From Sporopachydermia quercuum (Eukaryota), in the NCBI GenBank assembly GCA_001599295.1, contig BCGN01000004.1:1427676-1491675 (forward strand): a stretch of DNA of 64,000 nt. Direction: 5' to 3'. The translations under genes and the position numbers were made by a program. Shown piece by piece: positions 55,883 to 64,000 of the stretch. Position 1 is the first letter of the stretch, and each line of letters begins with the position of its first letter. Below the pieces are notes generated by a model. It ran no database searches. It was given only the letters and a program-made list of their open reading frames with translations, and was not told the origin of the DNA.

Positions 55883-57136
55883 ATGCCATCGACTTTGATT
55901 CTACCCAATAAATCTTCAAAATGGCTAATATACCCATTACCTCATCCACGAGCAGGTAAGCCAATGCTGTTCGCTTTATCATTAACTGATATGAGCGTTT
56001 ATGAACTATTAGACATTTCTAGGTTCAATTCAGACGAAGCGTTCTACTTGAATTCAAAGAAATTAAGCGACAGACTTAATGGCGATAACTGCTTCATATT
56101 GTCCAGTACCAGGAAATCACTGGGTGTCCTAGAGCGCGACTCGAAACCTCTCAGGTCATTGATGTTCAATTTTGATCTAGAAGCTAAAGCACAACCGACA
56201 GATCCTGATGTTTCTATTGTCGAAGAAAACAAAGGCTTTATACAAGAAAGTCCATCCATTATTGTGGGAACAAAATTTAATATGGTTTATTTTTTGTTAG
56301 ATTTCTTTTTCTCTAAATTAAGACTGAAAGACGTAGACCTGAAGAAAATAGCTAAAGGCCAAGAAGACGAATCTAGGATGAACTCTTTCGAAGATTTATT
56401 TGACGAATTCGTAACATATACAAAGAGAAGGTTAGAGGAGCATAACACCATCTGGACGGACAATTTACTACCTGTGAATCATATTTTCTATGCATTATTC
56501 TCTCTCTGTGAGTTCACTGATATCACTGAACAGAGTAGTGGAATGACTCAAAAGGATTTTCTTGATACTATCCCCATATCAGATTATAGTAATTTTTACT
56601 TCAGATTTTCTTTGATGAAAACCTTGCAATTCATTAAGTCCAGAATAGAAAAACTCCAGAGTGTTCTGATCAATAAACAAGATAATTCAATTTCAAAACA
56701 CATTATACCGAATCTGTCAACAGTGACCTTATCAGAACCGATACCAGACGATGCTAAAACATTAGCGTTCAGAAAATCTGCTTTATTTTTACTTTGCAAT
56801 TATTTGAATGATAATGCCGTGTCATTTATTAGTCAGGTAATTGAATTCAGTTCTACAACGAATAATATTTCCAACATTCACGAGATATTTGAATTCTTCA
56901 ATTTTTCGTCTTTGAATGACTACATGCAAGAGCTAAACAAAGCCAAAAAGGCAGAAGCTATAGCCAGTGAAAATCTGAACGACGTGAATGGTATGAATAG
57001 CGTTAGAACTGGTGCAAAGCAGAACGGCAAAAACAAGAAACCAATTGCGGTTAAAAATGTGAATAATAAGCGTAAAGTAGAAATTGGAAAAGGAGCAATG
57101 GATAGATTCTTTAAGAAGATTGATACCGGAAAATAA
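55883..57136 (+). CDS. RNH202: Ribonuclease H2 subunit B (Rnh202/Ydr279 family)
   Basis: N-terminal LPHPR, RSLMF and TKFNMVYFLL; basic C-terminus with a PIP-box-like KGAMDRFF. RRP45 is nearby, and the two genes are adjacent in S. cerevisiae. Confidence 0.82.
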   Translation: MPSTLILPNKSSKWLIYPLPHPRAGKPMLFALSLTDMSVYELLDISRFNSDEAFYLNSKKLSDRLNGDNCFILSSTRKSLGVLERDSKPLRSLMFNFDLEAKAQPTDPDVSIVEENKGFIQESPSIIVGTKFNMVYFLLDFFFSKLRLKDVDLKKIAKGQEDESRMNSFEDLFDEFVTYTKRRLEEHNTIWTDNLLPVNHIFYALFSLCEFTDITEQSSGMTQKDFLDTIPISDYSNFYFRFSLMKTLQFIKSRIEKLQSVLINKQDNSISKHIIPNLSTVTLSEPIPDDAKTLAFRKSALFLLCNYLNDNAVSFISQVIEFSSTTNNISNIHEIFEFFNFSSLNDYMQELNKAKKAEAIASENLNDVNGMNSVRTGAKQNGKNKKPIAVKNVNNKRKVEIGKGAMDRFFKKIDTGK

Positions 57137-57498
57137 AATGCTTCTGGTATAGAAGATTTTCTTGGATGGTGAGGATTCATAGGACCATAATAGATTTTTC
57201 GTGTCTACTTTCATTAATACAGTACGTTTGTAAAAACGTGGTACCATTGGTTATGTACAAGTTGAGATATAATTTATCTTACCTGCTATCCATAAAGAAG
57301 TTNCCTATCTTTGTATGAAACTGCTGTTCGCACCATGTATATATCTAAGTACGATTCTCGTGATAACCCTATGTCAACAGCTATGAAATCAAACCCATTT
57401 GGATAGAAACATTTTAGTTATAGGCCATTTGTGGTCATATTCTAGTTCCACAATTATGATATAAAAGCAAGAAAAGTAAAAAAAACCCTATATCTTTA

Positions 57499-58393
57499 TT
57501 ATAAGCCTGACGCAAGAGCTGTTGTTGTCGATTCAACCCCTTGCATACCATTCCTTCTTTTTAGAGGACTTTTGTCAACAAAAGCTGTTTCTCTGTAATA
57601 CTTATATTGTTTGATAGTTTCAATAACATCATCAGCAGCACGGTGAGTTCTTTTTTTTATTGGTTGTCCTTTCTCAATATCTAATCCTAATCTTTTAACA
57701 ATAACCTCTAAAGAACTAACATCAATCATACGACTAGTCGTCAGAAGCTTCATGAAATTTGGTAACTGTCTTTCAGCGAATGCCCGATCAAACCAAATGT
57801 TATTTCCACCAATAATTCTTTCAGTAAAGGCTAAATGTTCAACAATATAAGTGACAAGCTGCCTATCAACATCTTCGATATTATATTTCGAATTGGCTAC
57901 TTTTTCAAGAAGTCCTGATGCTTGATGTTGGTTTCTTGGCCAATCCTCTAGTTTTTCTAGCTCTTTCTCTGTTCTTTTAACACACATGTGAAAAGGATTC
58001 TATAAACAAAGTAGGTAGAGTTAGTCTTTACTATAATATTGACATATTAATTGAAATATCTGGAAGAAAAACGAGGACAAATAATCAAACGAACCAGTAG
58101 TTTCCGACACTTACTTTTACTAAGATATTTCCTGCCCCATCAGTGATAATGGCACACACTTCTAGAATATCTCCATTTCGTGTATCTAGGCCTGTAGTTT
58201 CAAGGTCCAACCATATGATAGGATAACACTTCTTTGGTATTTTCTTTTCGGTTCTCATCACTTTTATTATTTCTTCTAATGACATAATGGAACGTTTCTG
58301 TTGTATTGGTCTACAAGAAGACAGCAGACGACTCAGTCCCCGCGAAGGGACCTGTCGCACTGTCTGACGTAGTTTCCTGGTAAAGGAAAACAT
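57499..58393 (-). CDS. Oligoribonuclease (Orn/Rex2-like DEDDh exonuclease), divergent; exons 58393-58115 and 57999-57499
   Basis: Intron 58114-58000 (GTAAGT, GACTAAC, TAG) joins the exons in frame. Motifs IIWLDLETTGL, ILEVCAIITD, W...H..SGL, GNNIWFDRAF, MIDVSS and HRAADDV. Arg/Ser-rich N-terminus. Confidence 0.85.
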
Positions 58394-59527
58394 GGATATT
58401 TTATGGTACAGATAATCAAGAGCTTTAAAACCAGTCTTCACTTAGAAATAAAACTAGCATTTACAAGGAAAACGTTGTAGGTACAGTCACTTATCTGATT
58501 GATTCTCCTGGGTTGACAAAATATTCACGATGTGAGTAAAGTATACACGATGCCTATTTCCTGTTGGTTGTGTTCTGGTCACTATACCATCTGAATCATC
58601 TAACAAAACTAAGTAATAATAGCCCTCTAATTAACAAAACTAACTCAATATTTATTTTTATTTTGTTGGAGATTTTAACCAGGTTTCCAGTCAATAGATG
58701 TTTGGTTCCTTAATGGTTTCTTCTCAGGCTTAATTGCTTCAACGGCCCCTAGATCTTCAGATGACCCCTCAACGAGTGAAAGTCTCTATAGATCATCAAA
58801 GACATTACTCGATATATAAATGATATAATCTACCAATCAATTCTCATTTGTTCTTGAGAAATACCCATTAGAGTGCCTGCCAAAGCCTCCAGCTATATAT
58901 ATCTCATAGGAACAAAGAAAACTAGGAAAAGTAAAGGATTGGTTAGATAGCGATCAGATCTGTGTCATATATACTCTGAAATCAAGCAAGTATTGTTCTG
59001 TTCCATTGTCCATTCAACAAAAATTACTACCAAAAAAAAATACCAAAAAAATAGGATTATATTCACTCATAATAATAATCTAAAGCTGTTGAATTATTAA
59101 TCTAGTACTTGATGCCAAAATCAACAAGATTGCTTCACAAGGAGAAAATAACAATTATATTTTCCCATACAAACTATCTTCTTTTGCTTCTTCGTTTTTT
59201 TAGTCTTTAGAACACCACACAAAGCTATAGAGATTTCAGATTTAGAACGGATATAGTAAGGAAAGAGGCATCTTGGGGGGAATACTGGCTACATCTTATA
59301 AAACGTATGTGATGAGATAAATAAAAGGATAATAATATTGACAAGAAAGTGTAGTAAAAACAACTACACGAATGAATAGGATAAAAAGCAATATAAATAT
59401 ATAACAACACTTGAGGTGAAGTTGAGAAAAAAATACAGCGGAAGGAAGTTGGCTCATAAGGAGTTGAAATGAGAGTCAGGGGGAATTTATGGATCATGGA
59501 AAAGAAGATGTGATGTTCTCCTCGTGT

Positions 59528-60665
59528 TCACTCTGCCTTCTTTGCTTCGGTTTCAATAACCTGTCCCCTTGAGGATGCCTCACTTTTGTTCACTTTGCCA
59601 TATATACTCATAGCACTGGCAATCCAACCACCCATATCACCTAAAGAGCTTGGGACAACAACAGTATTGCTTTCTTTGGCCAATTTACCAAATGCATCAA
59701 CATATTTTTCCGCAACTTGTAAACTGACAGCTTTGTCTCCGCCGGGAGTTTCCTGAATTGCTTTGGCAATCTCTCTAATGCCTCTTGCGGTGGCTTGAGC
59801 TTTCAATAAGATAGCTTCAGCTTCACCGGCTGCTAAATTAATATTCTGTTGCTTTATAGCTTCGGACTGAAGAACAGTACTCTTAGCATCACCTTCTGCT
59901 ATATTTATGGCAGATTGACGCTTACCTTCGGATTCCAGAATCTCTGCCCTCTTAGATCTTTCAGCACTAACTTGCCTATGCATAGCTTCTAATACATTAG
60001 CTGGAGGATGAATATCTCTGATTTCATAACGAAGACATTCAATACCCCATGCTTTGGCTGCATCATTGATGGCAGCAGTAATGTTATGATTAAGACTTTG
60101 ACGTTCTCTTAATACATGATCTAAAGTCAATTGACCAATTTCTGATCTCATAGTAGTCTGAGCAAGTTGCGAAACTGCATACTCAGCATCTTCNACTCCA
60201 TAAGAAGCTTTGTATGGATCAATAACACGAATATATAAAACACCATCCATTTCCAACGTCACATTGTCTGATGTGATCGCCGACTGTGATGGGATATCAA
60301 TTGCTGATTCCTTTAATGATTGCACATATTGAATTTTATCGAGAACTGGTATTAAAATAGCCAAACCTGGTTTCAAAATTCTGAGTTCCAAATGTGTTAG
60401 TAGTTATTATACTAATCCTTCTCCCTCTAGCAAATTCTATACAAATATCCACCAAAAGTACTTACCTATTGAATTTTCCCATTCGCTCGACAATCCATGC
60501 TGTTTGTTGAGGAACAAATCGAATGATAGTATTCACAGGCAATTGTTCCTTTTGGAAAAACGTCAAGTTTCGCCTGGATGACAAATATCTCACCGATGCT
60601 AATGGCAAGATATTTCTCATTGGTCCATTTAAGCCAGGCTTGATATCGTTGATTGCTCGAAGCAT
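59528..60665 (-). CDS. SLP2: Mitochondrial stomatin-like protein 2 (SPFH/Band-7); exons 60665-60466 and 60380-59528
   Basis: Intron 60465-60381 (GTAAGT, TACTAAC, CAG) gives FVPQQTAWIVERMGKFNRILKPGL. Also QLAQTTMRSEIG, CLRYEIRDI, QVSAERSKRA and AEKYVDAFGKLAK. Basic N-terminal presequence. Confidence 0.92.
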
Positions 60666-61300
60666 TGTTGGTCNATAAATATATCGTTGAATGACTATCA
60701 TCCACGCACTTCCCTATCCTAAAGAACAGTCCATATACTATATTCTAATATTTAAATCATCTACAGTATACAAACAAGAAGATTCAATAGAAGCAAAGCA
60801 ACTAAGCCTTTTTGTAGATACTAATAAGTGTATTACTTGCCCCTCAATTGCTCCTTTCATTCACTATTCTTTATTCCTCTCATTCCCTCTAATCTTTTTG
60901 TTATCCATCCATCACACAAAATATTAACGGCCAGTAATCGTTCTTCAGTGACGATGGCAAATAATTGGTCTCCCGACTGACCCCTTTCNGATTTATTTTA
61001 AGGTCAAATGAAAAATATCATGTCTCACTTCAATAGTAAAGCTTTTGGAGTGAGTAGTGAGATGATCTTAGACAAATTTTATTGAAGCATCAAATGTAGT
61101 CAGTTGTAGAAATTGTTTTCTGTTAGTTATGAAAGCTTGTAGGAATGAATTTTTGTTGTCCCGTGAACATGATATACTAGTAATGTTTCATTTTGTGGGA
61201 CATTTCTTTAATTGTTGATTGAAAAGTTTAAAAGGTTTGAAAAGTCTTGTTTAAAGAAAAGGGGACCTACTGGTAGTAAAGAAAAAAGAAATTCTGAGTA

Positions 61301-62233
61301 ATGTCAAAAGCCCTAATAGAACTGTCAAACAATGAGAAAAGCTTTCTGCTGAATTGTCTCCAGGATGGCATTCGTGAAGACGGTAGAAAATTGGATATTT
61401 ATAGGGATATTTCGATCAAATTCGGTAAAGAGGTGGGCACTGTGGAAGTGTCACTAGGTAAAACGACTGTAGTAGCAAGAATATCCGCTGAAATAATAAA
61501 GCCTTATGACGACAGGCCTTACGAAGGATTATTTCAGATTTCAAGTGAATTTACCCCTATGGCATCTCCTTATTTTGATGTTTCTAACTCAACAGCAAGA
61601 GACGACGAGATTTTGATCAACAGAAATATTGAAAAGTCCATTAGAAGAAGTGGGGCACTGGATTTGGAAAGTTTATGTATTATTGCTGGTGTGAAATGCT
61701 GGTTGATCAGAGCAAGCGTTCAATTCCTAGAGTATGATGGAAATCTTATTGATTGCTGTTGTATTGCTGTAATTACAGCAATGCTGCATTTCAGAAAACC
61801 AGACGTATCTATTGAAGGAGAAGAAATCGTTGTTCATTCTGTTGAAGAGAAATCACCTGTTTTGCTACCAATACTACATATCCCCATATGCATTTCATTT
61901 GCCATTTATAAAGCACCAAATGTTGAGTTTGAGTCAATTGTAAAAGGTCACAATGAAACAGATGAACTAATAATTCTAGATCCAACCGGAAAGGAAGAAA
62001 TTCTTCAAGATGGTTCCATGACCATCACTATCAACAAGAATCAAGAAATATGTCAAATTGCGAAGATTGGAGGTCTACCTGTTGATGGTATAAAGTTATT
62101 GGAGTGTTCCAAAATTGCATATGAACAATGTCTGAAAATCACAGATCTGATCATAAGTTCTGTTAAAGTCGATGAGGCAATTCGCTTGAAGGGAAATATC
62201 AAAGAAGAGCTCAATGCTAGTCATAGACGATGA
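61301..62233 (+). CDS. RRP45: RNA exosome core subunit Rrp45
   Basis: REDGR, LGKTTV, PYDDRPYEG, RRSGALDLESLCI, DGNLIDC, HFRKPD, HIPICISF and EICQIAKIGG. Confidence 0.95.
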   Translation: MSKALIELSNNEKSFLLNCLQDGIREDGRKLDIYRDISIKFGKEVGTVEVSLGKTTVVARISAEIIKPYDDRPYEGLFQISSEFTPMASPYFDVSNSTARDDEILINRNIEKSIRRSGALDLESLCIIAGVKCWLIRASVQFLEYDGNLIDCCCIAVITAMLHFRKPDVSIEGEEIVVHSVEEKSPVLLPILHIPICISFAIYKAPNVEFESIVKGHNETDELIILDPTGKEEILQDGSMTITINKNQEICQIAKIGGLPVDGIKLLECSKIAYEQCLKITDLIISSVKVDEAIRLKGNIKEELNASHRR

Positions 62234-62926
62234 TCTATAAGGATCAGCATAGATTTTCTACAGACACGGTGTATTATACATAATATAATTTTCATCCACC
62301 CATCTTTTTTTGCATTATTTTTTCTCCTAGAGATACCTGCTTCAATCGACATGAGCATTCTAAGCCTATGCGTGATACGGTTCCTTCCATCGGTCAAAAA
62401 CACTTTTTGTTCCCTTTCTTTGTATTGAACCCTCCAAACTATCGAATGTCTCATATACTGCAAACCAAGATGTAGAGTTAGATCATATTAATTATATGCC
62501 TTCTGTAAATTCTCCCAATGTTGTAAATCGATTTTGCAATACAATCGCTTCCCCAAGTTTCCACATAATATTCAGACCCTTTCTAATCAAAAAGTCACCC
62601 CGTTGTCCAATATCCCAGAGGGATCTAATTAAGTCAACCAAACCCTAACATCATTCATTACCTTTTTGTGGCATAAGTCTCTCCTCTAACAAAAGCTCAT
62701 CAGGGATAAAAGATCATTCGTTTCGCTATTCAATCACGCGATAAAACCGATTAAATGCTTTTAAATGATTGTTGATAATACAAATGGATGCAGCGGTTGG
62801 TTTAAAAGCTTGATTAAATGTCTGGCTATTAGTCCACGTTTTGATTCGTTGTCCTTGAATATGCTCAACTACTAGTTTTTTTGACTGCTGTTAGATGGAT
62901 AAATAACAATCGGAGTTACGCAATTT

Positions 62927-64000
62927 ATGCAATCACGAAAGATGACAGGTTCAATTCTCATTCAACAACTTTCAGCGAAGTTACAGCAATTCAAGTTGAT
63001 TGATAAATTCAGAATTTTTGATATTTCTCAGTATATTAATATAAGTACAGCATTTTATGTCTTACTACCTGCTTTACTAGCTCTCTACCTCTATATCCAT
63101 GTTTCAGATAAATGGACTGATGTTCATGAGTTAAGTTTAGCTGCACAGTCCTCTATATCAAACAGCAGACATAGAAATGAGACTGCAGTTTATAGAAATC
63201 ATGAAACAGGACATGGACTACCACTTTTATCTGGCTTGCAACTACCCTATGGTTATAGATTGAGAGATGGAAATGTCAAAGATTTCTGGAAGTTATGTCA
63301 AACGAAGAACACTACAGTTCAATTCGTGAAAGATGGATTTATCAGTTGCAAGATTGGCACTCGGCAGTTCTCGACATTACTGGAAGTTGTTAAAAAGAAG
63401 TCAAACCGTATTCGACAAGCAGTTGGCGCAGAAGAAGACATCAGAAACACAATTATTGCTATTTGGATTCATCCTTCGTCTTTTCTTCAAATTGAAGTGT
63501 TCTCTTTTGTTGTTGGATGTTTGATAACTGATATCACAGTTCGCTTCATAGATCCAAATATTGAGAAAGTACAGAACGGTTTGTTAAATGAAGTCGATGT
63601 ACTTATTATTGATAACACTATACATAAACTTGTAAAATCTCAACTGCCAGAGAAATTGGGTTTAGCAATCTTATACCCTGCAAATGAGAACAACAACGTC
63701 ATAGTAAATAATGGTAAGATAGCAAAAACAAAAGTGGGGACTGGTAGTAGAGATGAAGATGATCAGTTTGACACTGCTGATCCTGAAGAATTTTATGGAT
63801 TTGGTGAAGAAGATGTATTGCAAATCACCAATCTGATGGAATATGCATTTGGCCCTAGTTTTGATGATGATGCCGATAATAGCTCAGATTATGGATTTGT
63901 TATTGATGATCAATTGAGCGCGCTCCCTGAAACTATTTACGATTACGAGTACACTTCAGATGAATTCAGCACTCGTTTCGAAATCGTAGTAAATGGCTCG
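62927..64000 (+). CDS. 3'-truncated ORF; putative membrane-anchored, possibly degenerate AMP-binding/acyl-CoA-ligase-like fungal protein
   Basis: Manual translation is open from ATG 62927 (or 62942) to the window end with no stop, which is why the ORF track omits it. It has a TM segment (FYVLLPALLALYLYI), then DVH..L..QS...R.NETAVYR...HGLPLLSGL...RDGNVKDFW. The family call is from memory and tentative. Confidence 0.7.
   Translation, partial: MQSRKMTGSILIQQLSAKLQQFKLIDKFRIFDISQYINISTAFYVLLPALLALYLYIHVSDKWTDVHELSLAAQSSISNSRHRNETAVYRNHETGHGLPLLSGLQLPYGYRLRDGNVKDFWKLCQTKNTTVQFVKDGFISCKIGTRQFSTLLEVVKKKSNRIRQAVGAEEDIRNTIIAIWIHPSSFLQIEVFSFVVGCLITDITVRFIDPNIEKVQNGLLNEVDVLIIDNTIHKLVKSQLPEKLGLAILYPANENNNVIVNNGKIAKTKVGTGSRDEDDQFDTADPEEFYGFGEEDVLQITNLMEYAFGPSFDDDADNSSDYGFVIDDQLSALPETIYDYEYTSDEFSTRFEIVVNGS

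Overview
Gene-dense, AT-rich chromosomal segment of a budding yeast (Saccharomycotina). It is probably not a Saccharomycetaceae species: the introns use GTAAGT donors, and a Moco sulfurase, a SIN-type Cdc14 and a stomatin-like SLP2 are present. CTG codons fall on invariant Leu positions, so CUG is read as Leu. About 21 protein-coding genes can be supported, in order: Moco sulfurase (5'-truncated), an Irc5/LSH Snf2 ATPase with a roughly 1000-aa insertion, RSC8, YKE4, SCP160, an alpha-factor precursor (predicted mature peptide WRGQHYRWGQPLY), PRM10, TRK, URA2, SPT10, NIT2, FMP46, MTC1, SIN-type cdc14, PRS5, ESS1, RNH202, a divergent oligoribonuclease, SLP2, RRP45, and a 3'-truncated ORF absent from the ORF track. 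Five genes are split by short spliceosomal introns that I reconstructed by hand. The most striking non-coding signal is the TRK/URA2 divergent region. It holds a 946-nt URA2 5'-UTR intron whose two halves form a nested series of complementary helices, a mirror-image splice donor on the TRK strand, and a long polypyrimidine tract. Gene names come from recalled motifs and synteny, not from database searches. I found no tRNA, rRNA, transposon or CRISPR features.
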